Source: the human T2T-CHM13v2.0 reference genome, Homo sapiens. From it: DNA of 64,000 nucleotides. The notes beneath the pieces were generated by a model. That model searched no databases, was not told where the DNA came from, and saw only the letters and a list, made by a program, of their open reading frames with translations. Position numbers and translations under genes: made by a program. The stretch lies in assembly GCF_009914755.1 (NCBI RefSeq), contig NC_060926.1; one strand, written 5' to 3'. Positions 1 to 14,190 of the stretch are shown one piece after another. Numbering within the stretch: the stretch's first letter is position 1; the number at the start of each line of letters is the position of its first letter.

Positions 1-404
1 CATCATTTTCTGATGAAACGTCTCAATGGTTGTGGTGCCCATATGCTTCTCCTTGTGCACCCCCAAACCCTCACCCAAGCCTTGAAATGCTTCTGACCTT
101 ATCATACCCTATCATCCCCCCCACTGATCCTAGGCAGCAATTCCAGAACAGCCTTCTTTCAATAGTACTTTCATTATTTCATTTTCAAATTTTCTACAGC
201 ATCATGGTCCCCAATTTACGTTATTTATTATCCTCTCTCAAACACATACCCTCAAGCCAGGAGTAGTAACATGATTAAGACATGGCTCTTACCCTGAAGG
301 AGCTTGGATTTCCTGTAGCAATTACAGTCCTTTCATCCCAGCACATGTTCATGTGTTGTTTTGTGTTGCTCACTCTTATTTCATAGGTAATAGACTTGTT
401 CCAT

Positions 405-530
405 GGCTGGATTGTAAATGTCTTGAAGTTAGAGGCCATGACTTGTATTTTCTTTATTATATCGTACTTCTACTTAGATTGCTTTTGGCACTAGTACTTG
501 TTCAGGAAAGACATGCTTGTGAATTGATGT
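405..530 (+). mobile_element. Degenerate L2 3' end fragment
   Basis: gtaaatgtcttgaagttagaggccatgacttg...ggcactagtacttgttcagg resembles the L2 3' terminus. Boundaries approximate. Confidence 0.4.
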
Positions 531-679
531 AATAAGAAATTAAAAGTTTATTAAAACAATGTTGCTAGTTGCAGACATTAATAAATATATGCCTAACATT
601 TGTAGTGAAAGCCAATTTTTCAATATAATTAGATATACTAATATATTGTTTTCAAAATTAATTACGTGGATCTCAACTT

Positions 680-925
680 AGCATTTTCTCTAGGAAGGAT
701 TTCTCTAATTCCTTAAATTTGAATTAGATAGCCCTTCTTTGATCTGTCTCTCAATAGCAGCTGGGTCTTGACTCTATTCCAGCCCCATCACACTAAAATT
801 GCCTATTTCCTTTATTGCTCTTACTGAGCTATAAGCTATTTGAAGGGAGGACTATGTCTTATTTATTGTTTTACTATTAAAACTTCGTATAAAGGCTGGC
901 ACACTGTAGTTCTCCAATAAATAGG
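680..925 (+). mobile_element. Degenerate L2 3' end fragment
   Basis: ctataagctatttgaagggaggactatgtctta...ctggcacactgtagttctccaataaata resembles the L2 3' terminus. Boundaries approximate. Confidence 0.5.
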
Positions 926-1668
926 AAAATAAATGCTTTATTTGTTTGGTTTTATTTTAAATAAATTTGGATTACACAGAAAATAAAGTACAAAAATAAT
1001 TATGAAGAGCTGGATTATTTTGTAAAAATAACACATAAAAAGTTTGCTCTGAAGTAGTCGATGAAACATGGCAAAAGTTAGGCTGAAAATGGAGCTCAGT
1101 AAATGTCTGTGTTTGTGTGTGTGTCTGTATGTTTATACATAAAATATATATGCACATATATTTTAACAGTGCCTAAAGGTGCCCCAAAGTTTTTTACATA
1201 AAAAATTATAATATATATAAAATCCAAATTATAGTTATTTAAAAAATTAATTTTTATATAATTTTTAATTGTGTATTTTCTATGCCACTATATCAAGCAT
1301 AAGCTAATATCAGAAGAACCATTAGAATATTCAGAAATAGTTTTCAAAATTTACCTGCCTACTCTTAAGGCTATTTGTTGATTTACTTGCATATAGTAGG
1401 GTTTCTCTGCAGCCTCAGTTCTAAATAAATGAAACTCACTTTGAATATCACTAATTATAGATAATATAGTAATAGATAATAGATCTATTTGCCCAATACT
1501 CTATTTTAGCCCCAATGACCTTGGAAAAGTAACATCGAGAAGTCCTGCTAAACAGAAGCAAAAACAATAATTTTTAAGTTTTTTACCTTGCAATTTATCT
1601 CTTTTTTGCTGCATACCCGAATATTTTTCTGTTTTCTCTTTTTCCTTCCTTCTCTCCCTCTCCCATTG

Positions 1669-1684
1669 ACACACACACACACAT

Positions 1685-1715
<31 letters not shown>
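1669..1715 (+). repeat. (CA)n microsatellite, interrupted once
   Basis: Direct reading: acacacacacacacataaacacacac...acaca. Confidence 0.97.
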
Positions 1716-1717
<2 letters not shown>

Positions 1718-3574
1718 GCCATGAGTTCTAAAAACTTTTGGAACTACCAATCAGCTTACTTCCTAGTCTTGACTTGGGTTTTCCTGGATCATCTCTCTGA
1801 ACGCTTATCTTGCTGTGTCTTGTGAACATGGATAACATTCAACTTTTATCCATCAATCTCTACTTGAATTGAATTTCTTACTTACTGTTATTTTAAAGGC
1901 AGAAACATTATCTTCATCCCAAATTCTTATTTATGAATTATCTATATTGATGAACAATGCCCCAATAATCACCCATTCCCCCAGACAGAAAATCTGATTG
2001 ATTATAGACCATTCATTATCGTTCACATTGACACTTGAATTATTTTTCAGAACCTATGAAGTTTTCTTTACATCTGATTAATCTAATGCTGTGTTCTTTT
2101 TACCAGGACTCACATACTCTTTCTGCACTCTGGTATGTTCCCTACTTTCATCTCTCCAACTCTCCTCACCTCCACCATGCCTTAGGGTGGCTTCCAGAGT
2201 CATCCAGGAGTCCTGGCAGTAGTTTCCTTGGCTGTACCTACCAGGATGAGCTATCATATATGAAATAATATACAGGAAAATACTTCTGAGAATTAATGAC
2301 ATTCTTTCCTTTGGAGTTATTATCCATCATCTCTACTGTATGGATCTTCAGGCTTATTTATTTCTAAAATGTTGGGATATATAAATCTCAATTCCTTTAT
2401 ATCTCATATTGAGATAACTCTACTGAACATTCTCCAGGAAACACGAGAGACATTGGCTTTTGGCCAAATTTATCAAAGTGTCCTATTAGGTCCACCATGT
2501 TGTAGGACAATTATTCACTTTATAAAATGAAATCTGCCATTTTGGATGCTCTCATAGAGGCTAACACCCTTTGGGAATCATGCTCCCTCTCTTAATGTTC
2601 CTTTTAAGAAAATAGATTGTAAACAGCATGGTTAAACAGAACAAAGCATTTATTTCTTTTGAATATTGGCCAAAATACATTCCTAATCTGAATCTAAAAT
2701 TTCAGAGTGGAAACTACCCAGTTCACTGACAGATGATGTTATTTATGCCACATGTATGTAAATCCATAGGGTTTCGGTAGAAGAGACGGAAATCATTTCC
2801 TGAGAATCGGTGTGGTTGCTTAGAAAGTGCTATAATATCACAACAGTTTTGTACATGAATCATCAAATATATCAATATGCATTTGTTTCCTGATCTTGTA
2901 TATTCTATATTATAACTGTTCATGAGACCTAATTATTTTCAGGGTACTTTTTCTTTTCCCCTTAAAGAAACATTCAAGAAAAAGAACCCTGTTTATAACA
3001 TGTTAAATCTTTATCTTGTTTATTTTTATCAACAGAGTGTAAGACATGTCTATGGAAAACCCTGCAGGAGTCAAAAGCCTGTGGCAGGTTTTTACAGAAT
3101 CATCTGCTACCTCCTGAGCTAGGAGGATTTTGAGGACAGAGCTCAGGAAGTTGCTATGGCTTGGGGGCAAAGCAGGCTTTTGCAGATAAACCTTAAGTCA
3201 CAGATTCTACCTTTTAGAGCCAGATATCATTTTGTGGATTAATTAATAGTAGTGAGGGCTTTGAGCATGAAAGACATTGTGAGAATACAGTGTTTTCTTG
3301 TTTTAAAACGAAGGACATAGACTTTGGGGGAATAGTTCTATTGATCAAGCTGGGCTTTCCTTAAACTGCTGAAAAACTCTAAAAGCTCTTTAGTCTTTCA
3401 AAATTCTACCTGGGTAAGACAAAATTAGGTTTTCTGAAATATCCTTCCAGATCTTCAGGCTGTTAATAATAAGTTATGTAACAATAATAAGTTATATAAT
3501 TTAATAATGCTAATAGAAACCATCTCTAAGTTTTCATTATTTCATGTGCCCTTCCTTTTCTCAAGTAAGAGCAT

Positions 3575-4080
3575 GTATATTAATTCAAGTATTTGTTGAG
3601 GCCATCACTGTGCTAGGCTTGGAATATGTGATAATATGCTAACTGGCCATGTCCCTTTCTAGAGAAGCGTTCAGTCTAGGGATGAACAGAAGTGTTAAAT
3701 AAAGGAAGGCATAATTCTATAAGTCCAAATTACAAAATGTGCTATGATAAAAAAAAAACAAGTTTCTGTGAGAACCTACACTGGATTAAGTAGTCACACA
3801 TGGATTCTTTGAAATGGCCAGTTAACTTGAGATTTTGCAAGATTGATGGAGTTTGCCAAGCAAAGAACTGGAAGAAGAATGTTGAAGCAGAAAGAAACAA
3901 GTGCAAGGGTCGCCAGGTCAGAACAAAGTTGTTACATCTGAAAAACTGCAAAAATTCCACAGCAGCCAGAATATTATGAACAAGGGAAAAGAGTCACGGG
4001 TTTTGAGGAGAGAGAGGCAGTGCCCAGATTGCAAAGGGCCTTGAAGTGATGGTAAGAAGTTCAGAAGCCATTGAAACACA
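3575..4080 (-). mobile_element. L2 element remnant
   Basis: attcaagtatttgttgaggccatcactgtgctaggc...agcgttcagtctaggg...aacaagtgcaaggg matches the reverse complement of the L2 3' region. Confidence 0.6.
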
Positions 4081-7000
4081 GAAACAAATGACAATACCTC
4101 TCCCATCCAGCTCCACATTTGAAATCCATTTAACTCTAGAGTAGAGAAAAAGAACACACAGAACAGCAACAATAAAGGCTATTAATATTGAGCAATCCTT
4201 TCTTCCCCACTGCCTAGACTGAAATTAAGTTATAACGCAGAAATTGAATTACACTAATAAGTTGCCCAGACAGTAACCAGGAAGGCCATTCTCATTGAAG
4301 TCCAGTGACAGGCAAAGAACGAGGAACATATTTACATCAAAGACACAAATAAATAGAATTCAGGGAAGAAGAGAAAGCAATGGTGGGTGGAAGTTGGGTG
4401 GTGCATGAGGGAGGGAGAGGTGAGCTATAGTAAAAGCCTCCAGAAGACTGAAGAAATTTCTTGAGATACAAAAAGGGTGCCTTCCTCAGCCTGTTTCCCA
4501 AACAGAACCTGGATTCCTTGGTGGTGACCAAATGAACACACCGGTTGCCAGATGAAAGGTTCAGAAAAAAAGTCGTATGGGGGTTCTTAAACATCAAATA
4601 ATAACATTTTCAAAATGACATTTTGATGAGTTAGGGGTGAATAAATCAGAGACATACAGATAAAATTTCCCTTGAAATACACAGAGGTTTAACATGATGG
4701 GGAAAAGCACTTGGCAAAACATAATATGTGCTTTGCCAAACCTAATATTTGAAAAATGGTTTAAGACATTCAGCATAACCCCAAAGCTGGACATGTTGTC
4801 TTATCCTAAGTGAGAGAAAGTAAGGGAGGGAGGCTACCCATGAAAACATTGCTCAACAAACTTATTAAAGAATATAAATAAGTTGAAATGAGTAAACCAT
4901 GCCTAAATCTGAAATCAAATTTCATGCTGAAATCAAACACGCTTATCAAGGACCTCTTTGAGAATTCTTGGTGACCTCTTTCTATCACCACTTATGTATG
5001 ACCCAGAACCATTCTTTGCTTTTCTTCTACTCTTCTTCACATGCAATCATTGCATCCAACTTTAGATATTTGGTTTACCACTTCTTAAAAATGTGCACAC
5101 ACAGTAAATGATGTATTTACATCAGACAAAAACATCATACTGAATCTATGTCTAAAGGCATAATATTTCATTCTTGAGCTATATTTAAGGCAGTTCTAAA
5201 ATTAAGACTTTTAAAAATGTTTAAAAACTATTAGTACTTTATATGATGTACAGATAAGCTGGAGTTTTAAGGTATTTTTTCTGTTTTTGATTCTGTTCTT
5301 AATGGATTATGTCCACAGTGAGTTCGCCGGTAATGAGCAAATCAAATATAGCATGAATAGCAGAGACAGTATGGGAATAAGTGAATATTGAGAAGAAAAT
5401 GTAAGCAATGAGTTCCAAAGAGAAAGAGTGCAACCTAAAAACAAAGGCAAAATAAATAAATAAATAAAAGCAATAGAAAAAAGAAAGACAGATAAGGTAG
5501 ATATTTCTATGAATAGTGGAGAAGTAAAAAATGGCGGGCGTGGGTGGGGGGCGGGAATTTAAGAAGGAAAGTGAAGCATCATTTGGGGGTAAAATAATGT
5601 AACCAAATGTGTCCTCATTCTGTGCTCTTTAATAGAAATCATTGAAACAGACAAGATTAACAGCAAAGTACTATGATCTATTAAAAGTTCAGAGAAAGTA
5701 TAGCAGCTGCCTCGTTATTAAATAGGAAAATAATTAAATGCTAAATCTGCTTGATAATTATAGTGGCCCAGGGTTGTAGTTATAGAGAGATGATGCAGAG
5801 TTCTTTTAGAGAGAGGTCAGTCAGTCACACAGAAGGTTTCATAGGGTGATGCTACTTTAAAGGGATCATCTCAGTTTAGAGCTGGGGCCTGTCTCAGCAT
5901 TGTGGATCCAGAAAACTCATATTTATCATCATTATTAGTGTTTACTGAGATGAAGATCCCTTGAGTCTATCTCACAGTACATAATAGGGAATATTCTGAT
6001 ACTATTTAAGTCACCCGCTTTCTACATCAAAGAACCTAGGAAGCTGAACTAGGATTCAGATGGCTGCCAATGAGCACATTATCAGAACAAAGGGGAAGAG
6101 AACAATAACTTAAATACATCAGCAGAGAAAACGTTATGAGGCATAAGGACCATGTGGTTCTGGTGTTAAAAGCCAAACCCTTCTCATCAAAATCTGGTAA
6201 AAGTTGCAGATTAAGTTTATTTCCATTTATAAACAGAAAGGGTTATTTTAACAGAACCCTTTGGTGGAATGGTGTAGATGAAAATCTATTATTTGCAATT
6301 GTATCTGAGAACAACATGAAGCCTTCTCATAAAAAAAAATGCAGTGTGTGTATGTACAGTTAACACACTAGTCTTTCTGCCATGATTGTTACCATTAATC
6401 AAAGGTTGTCTTCTGCTCCCCTGTCTTGTCTGTCGCCTCCAACGTAGGTTGATAAACAGGTGCTATCTGGGTATCCCACTGCCATTCATTCTTCTCATCT
6501 GTATCTCAGCATGGCTGTGTCTGCCGAGCACTTCCTCAGTGCTTGCAGACTGGCTGGCATCCAGTATGAACAAATTGCTGATCTTTCCAGCCATTTAATG
6601 TTAAATAGGGCTTCTAAGGAACATTGGACAAATAGCTCAAGAAGCCAGATTTAGCATCTAAAGATTGGTTGACATTTCTTAAGTATACTTAGTTCAGGGA
6701 CTGCTACTTCTTTAAAGAACTTCAATTTGGCCTAGAATTTGGCAAGTAGTATCCTAAACTTAGACCTAGAGCTGTAAGTAATTTTGTAAATTACTGGAGA
6801 CAAGACCATCTGAGCTCTAGATGACTAGCACGCTCAACTGGAATTTATAGATCATTGTCCCTTCAAACCATGGGATTAACATTGAGTAGGAATAATTATT
6901 AGAGAAACTAATAAGGTACCATATATAAACCCACATGCAAAATGCATAGCAATCTTTTGCTTGCCCTAATACTTCTTTCGGCACACTATGAGGCTCCCAG

Positions 7001-7400
7001 AATAACTGATTCCTGGTGTCTGAAACATGGTGACGTATTTCAAACTATCATGACAAAGAATAGTAAAGTAATTAATCCTACCTCGTGGAAACTTCACTTG
7101 CCAGCATGAGACCCTTTACAATGCAGTGCTTTCAGTGCAGAAAGCATAATTGGAATTTTCTACCCAGGCTAAAAGATGGCCTGAGTCTGTGAGATGACTT
7201 AAGCAGGGCATGGTATCCCGTCCCCCCAGAAAAGGAGCAGGAATATCTTGAATATGAACTCCCAGGAGTTTAAGCCTCAAGAGGATTACAATTGTCCTAT
7301 TAATCTTTCCAGTTCTGTTGTAAGCAGAGAAGCTGGCATTTAGAGGAAAGAAGTGTTATTAATTAAAAATGTGTTGAAAAGAATGAATAAGTGTACATCA

Positions 7401-7723
<323 letters not shown>

Positions 7724-9159
7724 GAAGATGAAGGAAAATAAACACCTGATCTCAGAAGTGAGAATGTGTGCACAGTGGTAGGACATAGATATACTACGTG
7801 TAGAAATCTGCATGTAAACATTTAACAAATATGCATGGTGGTAGCAAGTGTAGTAGGTAATAGAACATAGCAGAAGCGTTATTAGCTTCTTCTAATGACC
7901 TGGAAGGCAGCCTGACTTTGGAAAATGATATAAGAGAAGATAACTAACTTGCTATTCAGTCCGTCCTCATTTTTCCTGGGACCTCTGTATGATCATTCCT
8001 GAAAAGTCTATTGCATTGATCCAAGACCATGGAACTGGCTCAGCCACTGATGACAATGATGTCACATTTATTGAGTCTTAACTTGAGAAATCCAGCCCTT
8101 GGCATCAATCTCAAGTATTCTGGGAAAAGTCCTGCAGTGTCTGGGGAAATGTTACTTATGTATTCAAAGAAAGAGAATTCTATGATGTACACCTTAAACC
8201 TGTTTATGTTGATTTCTCCCTATAAGAGTATTAGCTTTTTCCTTTCACATTTCCTATCTCTTTTAGAAAAATTTTCATCAATAATTTATCTTTGTGGGTA
8301 GCAAATGTCTACCGAGGGATCTTTTGTGAATTTTTGGAAAAAACAATTGGGGCTATATTTTTAGCAGAGAACGCATGCATCAATTTTTATGATGGGTTGA
8401 TAGGTTTTTGTAGTTTTTTTGGTAGATAAATCCAGGTTTTGGGTAACTGTTAATCAGAAGAAAACTTAAATAAAACAATAAATTTTTTCTACGGTTACAC
8501 AACAAAATTTCTCAGTATACATTCCTAAAGAAAGGAACCTCCTTTGTGGTGGTAATTGCTATTGAAAACATCTTTCTTCCAAACATTTGTGGATACCAGT
8601 GATACACAGAGTTAAACACTAAATTTATTATATGGGTTTTACGAGGTAGAAAAATAAAATTCCTGGCACCAAGAAAAAGGGACAGTATACATAGAATAAA
8701 ATGTGGAAAAAGCAAATGAATAGATGTATCCAAATACAAAACAAAAAGGCACCAGTGAATACCATGGTTCTCAAAATTATCCAAGAAATCTTCCTTAGAT
8801 GCTGTAGAGTTGTGGAGAACATGGTGAAGTAAAAGAAACTTTCTGGATATGGAGATAAGTAAAAAACACTTTGCTATCATTTTCATAAGTCATCATTATT
8901 ATTATCTCTATCATTATTTATTTAGTCAAAAATGTATTCATCAAATGCATTTTAAAACTAAGTCCCGTGCTATGTATTAGGAATAAAACAAGGCAGAAAA
9001 ACTCTCACCTATATCAGAGCAGACATTTAACCAGTGAGATTTTAGTTATTTGGAACAACTCCTTTACCTCTAAATATCTCTTCCTTTCACTTGTAGTATT
9101 GAAGATAAATTTCTTGGCTTGCCCAGTTTACTATAAATATTTAAATAAACATTTAAATA

Positions 9160-9420
9160 GCCATTCATTTACTTATTTGTTCAAACAATTTTATTATTTT
9201 GACTATTGGCACTACCAAAATATTCCAGAAGCTAGGAATCCAGGTGTGAAAGGTACAGTTTTTTGCCTTTGATGGACTCATAGCACATTATTTGCCTGCA
9301 GGCACAGATAAATAAAATGACATTTACAACATGATCTGATATGTGCTGTCACAGTGACAATGGCAAACTGAAAATGGAGATTCAGGATGGTGCACCTAAA
9401 AGAGATGGCAGAGAAATCAT
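9160..9420 (-). mobile_element. L2 remnant
   Basis: cattcatttacttatttgttcaaacaatttt...gccttgatggactcatag is the pattern of an antisense L2 3' end. Confidence 0.45.
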
Positions 9421-9473
9421 GGAAAGACCCTCTAATAAAAAGACGTGCACATTAAAATTTGGTTTTCTTCTTA

Positions 9474-9594
9474 TTTTTTGAGATGGGGTTCTTGCTATTC
9501 TGCCCAGGCTGGTGTCAAACTCCTAGGACCAACAGATTCTCCCACCCCAACCTCCCACACAGCTGTGATTATAGACACTTGCCACCTCACTGGG
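9474..9594 (-). mobile_element. Alu monomer (FLAM-like)
   Basis: tttttgagatggggttcttgctattctgcccaggctggtgtcaaactcctagg...cctcccacacagctgtgattatag; a single diverged arm. Confidence 0.8.
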
Positions 9595-10574
9595 TTTTAC
9601 TAATTTAATTTTGAAGTAGATTAAATATACTTAAGACTTTTGTGAGATGAAGACATGGTCATGGTGGACTATTTCAGCTAGGGGGATAACATGGGATGGC
9701 ACTGAGGGAGTGTGGTCCTCTGATACTAGGCAGCTCAGGGAGAAGGGTGTGGGCAATTCACTAAGAGTGAAAGATGAAGGCTAACGACTTGGGATGGGGC
9801 ATGTGAGGCAGACACAGGAGGGTAGAAATAGGATGCTAAGAAATTAAAACACCTAGTACAGACTTTGCAGGGAGTCAACCCATCACAATTTGCATTGTGC
9901 ATTTATTTTGCCAAAACCTCCGCAAACACTTCTGCGGAGTTATAATGACTTGTTGAATTTCCTTTAAGAAACTTGCAGCTCTATTAGAAATGAAAGCCAA
10001 TACAGTATATGCAAATAGGAAAAGGAAGCAATCCTACATCATGGAAGAAGATAATGAGATACTGCTACTACAGGGTATCTTGGCAATTGACCAAAATATA
10101 TGAAATGTTGCTATTTTAAATGCCCTTCCATGATTCAACTAGCTCAGTTACCTGGTCCCATTGAAGTCTTCCTTTATCCCGGCTTCGGAAGGTACATGGG
10201 GAGGCTTGAAAAGAAGAACTTTTCTAAGGATACTTGGTAAAATAAAGGAAGGCATTCAATTTGTCTTTCTTTTACCATTTGCAATCAATTTTTTAAACAA
10301 GTGACTTCAACGCCCAGAAAGAAAAGTCAATAAAGGTGTATCACTATCTAACAAATCATTCACATTCCTCTTCATAGTCTGTCTTTTAGATATTTAACAG
10401 CTTGTAATGACTATGATTTTGCAGGCACTTCCCATAAGCTATATATGCATTATTAATAAAGTTCTATGACTGAAAACTTCCATCACTGCAATGACTCTTG
10501 AAAAGCATAGGTTTATTCAAATCAACAATGCATAGTAGTTTGTCACGGTTTTAACATATGCATTCTTCTTGCAG

Positions 10575-10636
10575 ATGGTTGAAAAAGAAGGTTATCTGCA
10601 AAAAGCTAAAATTGCAGATGGAGGAAAGAAACTAAG
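10575..10636 (+). CDS. ARHGAP15: ARHGAP15 internal coding exon (62 nt; probably exon 4), start of PH domain: MVEKEGYLQKAKIADGGKKL(R)
   Basis: Acceptor cattcttcttgcag|ATG and donor CTAAG|gtaata. The EKEGYLQK...KKLRKNW motif is typical of PH strands beta1-beta2. Splices in frame to 22772. Gene identity and exon number are from recall of the protein. Confidence 0.95.
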
Positions 10637-12468
10637 GTAATAAAATTCTTTAATTCACTTTTATATAACTATGCTGGTTCTTCATATGCTAAACTTGTGC
10701 CACTGTTATTGTTTGGGATGCAAGTCCCTATGGTACCAGACTAGAACAGTCTCCTCTGCTACTGCTATGATCAACATTATTTTTAATGGAACTACAGTTT
10801 TTAAAGAAAGGCACTACATTCTATATTGTCGAACAGAACACATAAATGAGATGCTTTTTGTCCTCCTTGGACTTGAACTCATAAAACACTGAAAATAAAT
10901 AAGACAATGGATTGTGATTTCTGTGATTGAAAGATTAGAGAATGAATGCATTCATCTGCAATACAGAAAAGTCTCTATACAATACCTTGTGAGAATAATT
11001 TCTTGAAGGATGGAAGATTTGAACCACTTTTGTAGCTCAAAATAGAAATTGATAAAATAAAAGTAACATCATATTCAGAGGTGAGAGAAATTTGAAAAGG
11101 GAATAAGAACCTTCAGAGAACAATAACAACAAAAATCTTGAAGAAAAAAAGTAAGGTTGATAGGACGGTAAAGAAAGATGATAATTGTGTGGTATATACC
11201 GTATGTTTAGAAATAATCACCTCCATTTTAGAATTTTTGCTATTTCTCGTATTGGTTCTGTTACATATTTAGCTTTGTGCTGGGTGATATGCAAGTTACC
11301 AAATTTGTAGAAAATGCTCAAGTTGAGAGACAAGGCATTTACTCTTAAATGTATTACTAACAATTAAAATTAATAGGATAAATGTACTAATTAGCTACAC
11401 AATGGGACACATGTTAGTTGTATAATACAATTCATTACTAGAATGACACTCTGGGTCAACACCAGAGAATAAAGTCTGCTTTTGTTTGATGGTTATAATG
11501 AATTAATATATTTATTTAAACAAAGTAAAATTTGGAGGGGGGTGGAGAAATCATCCACAATTTCACTACTTAAAATAGCTATTTCAGTTGTAAATAACAA
11601 GCTCTATTTTCTCTCCATATTGTGTCTTATTCTGGGATAGTGAACAAGGCCTTAAATCTTTGCCTGGACTGTTTTTCTGGAGTGGCCCTGCAGCCACCTT
11701 CCCTTGAAGAGTTCAGGAGAGAGATGCACAGGAGACAAGATCAAATGCAAGGTTGCTTTAAGAGATGTGGCTAGTCCCTTCCCCAGTGGTGAATTGGGCT
11801 TAGAGAATTGGGTTCTGAAGGAACAACAGGAGGAAGTCTTTGAGTAGCCCAGCCCGAGTGCTCTCCTTTCCCCTAAACCTTATCATGACCTTATCAACTC
11901 AGGAAGGAGTGTGGAGGGTACAATGATGCCTCTCCCCAAGATGAGTAAGTCATGACCCTTTCTTCCCTCAGCAGCCATGTGGAATAAAGAGTTTCTTCAA
12001 AATTATCTAAGTTAGCCAGTTCAGCCCTCCACTAGAGCTGAGTAGGAGAATAGAGGTGACAGCATTGGTCAGTTCCACCCTCCAGCCTCATGCAAGGAAG
12101 TAGGGGAGATCCTAAATGAAATAATTTCAAGAAAGCAGAAGGAGGTTCTACTGTGTGGTTTTGTAAAGTATCCTTGTCCATAACCCCTCTGTAAACCAAC
12201 CTTATAACATACAGAAGGCAGTGTCAAGAGGAAGCAGAGAAGAACAGGTCCCTTCCCCCAGCCAACTCACATGAATATGTTTTTAGGTAGTTTTATTCAA
12301 TTTGTATACTATTGTGTTTTTGTTTTATTTGCTGTTACTTTCCTGTTTTCCGTGTTACAGTTAAATTAATATAAACATTTGTTTGTACTCTGTTTTATTA
12401 TTTCACTTTGCATACCATTATGCATTCTTTCAGCCTTTTCCACTTAAAGTTATATGTTTTAGTTTTCC

Positions 12469-12509
12469 TTTTTTTTTTTTTTTTTTTTTTGTTGCTGCTG
12501 TTGTTGTTA
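12469..12509 (+). repeat. Poly-T tract followed by (GTT/GCT)n
   Basis: Direct reading. Confidence 0.9.
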
Positions 12510-12854
12510 CCCCAGGTGCACAGAATTGAGCTGATTATATCCTTCGGTTTGTGGCCTTGTGCTATTATCATTCTGGGCAAGAGCCCTAGCTGGTTTTATT
12601 TTATTATCAGTCTCCAATCCTTGCTTCAATCCCTTGTAGACCTTCATTTTAATGTATTTAATGTGTGTTTATCAAACTCATTCTCCATATATATCTATAT
12701 TTAGCTGTATATGTGGCATTCAAAAAAGAATGTATAGTTGTGTATGTGTGAATGTGTTCTATATAGCATAAACATTTTTGTATCATAAACCTTATTATGT
12801 TTCTTACTACTTTCATTCAATGTTAGCTCTTGGGCAGCTTTCTATGGTGCTATA

Positions 12855-13223
12855 GAGACATGCGTCTCTTAATGATGGGCATATGTCCTGAGAGATGCAT
12901 CCTTAGGTGATTTAATCATCATGTGAGCATCATAGAGTATACTTACACAAGCCTAGATGGTATGTGATATAGCCTATTGCTCCTAGGCTACAAACATTTA
13001 CAGTATGTTGCTGTGCTGAATACTGTAGGTGATTGTAACATAATGGTATTTGTGTATCTAAACATACCTGAACATGGAAACGATAATGCATTGCGCTATG
13101 ATGTTATGAAGACTACCATGTCGCTAGGCAATAGGAATTTTTCAGCTTCATTACAGTCTCATAGGACTACTATCTATATGTCGTCCATTGTGGATTAAAA
13201 CGTTTTTATGCAGTGCATGAACG
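12855..13223 (+). mobile_element. Tigger3-family (MER7/Golem, TcMar) non-autonomous DNA transposon, copy 1
   Basis: Ends gagacatgcgtctcttaatgatggg...tgagagatgcatccttaggtgatt and ...atgcagtgcatgaacg resemble Tigger3 TIRs. Internal gcctattgctcctaggctacaaac. Strand is given relative to copy 2. Confidence 0.8.
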
Positions 13224-13279
13224 TCTTTAAATCTAGTTCATTTCTTCCAATTGCTGGCCACTTTGCCATCGTTTATGTG

Positions 13280-13625
13280 TAGTCATGTGCCACATGGTGG
13301 CATTTTGATCAGTGATGGACAGCATATACAGCTGTGGTCCCATAAGATTATAAAACTGATGCCTACTGTACCTTTTCTATGGTTAGATGTGTTTAGATAT
13401 ACAAATACTTACCACTGTGTTACAATTGCCTACAGTATTCAGTACAGTAACATGCTGTACAGGTTTGTAGCCTAGGAGCAATAGGCTATGCCATATAGCC
13501 TAGCGTGTGGTAGGCTTTACCATGTAGATTTGTATAAGTACACTCTGTGATGTTTGCACAGTGACACAATCACCTAACGACACACTTCTCAGAATATATC
13601 CTCATCATTAAGTGAAGCATGACTG
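13280..13625 (-). mobile_element. Tigger3-family DNA transposon, copy 2 (inverted relative to copy 1)
   Basis: tagtcatgtgccacat ... ttctcagaatatatcctcatcattaagtgaagcatgactg|ta with a TA flank; contains the reverse complement of copy-1 internal motifs. Confidence 0.85.
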
Positions 13626-13629
13626 TATA

Positions 13630-14190
13630 TGAATTGTTACTTATCCAGTCTCCCAGCTGTGGACATCTAAGTTGCCTCTAACTCCTTTCATTCCAAACAA
13701 CATTTCAATAAATCGCACATATATGTTTCCTTTGAACCTGTTAGGAATTTTCTCAGGGGAATATTTCCAGGAGTACAGGATTGCTCAGTGGTAAGTCACA
13801 TACATTTGTAAATCTACTGACTACTGTTGTCACACTTTCTCCTGAATGAGTGCACCAATTCACACCAGTTCAATGTGCAATACAGAAGGGATTCTACTTT
13901 CCACAGTTTTATCAGCACGTAGCATCATCCAATCTAATTATCCATAGAACATTACCTTAATGTTGCTTTTATTTGTGTTTCACTGATAAGTATTGAAGCT
14001 GAGGATCACTTTATCTGTTTAGAGACATTCAGATTCTGCATTCTGAGTCTATTCATAAACTTTGACTATTTTCTATTGAGTTTCCTGCTTTTTTATTCAA
14101 TAATTTGAGGAAACTCATAATATATTTGGGATAATAATGCTTTGTCAATTTTACATGTTGTACATATCCCCTCCAAGTTTATGGGGCTTG
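13630..14190 (-). mobile_element. Old L1M remnant (likely continues on the left side of the Tigger3 pair, ~12620-12850)
   Basis: gtggacatctaagttgcctct, gattgctcagtggtaag, tgcaccaattcacacc and gctgaggatcacttt are motifs of the antisense L1M ORF2 3' region. Confidence 0.6.
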
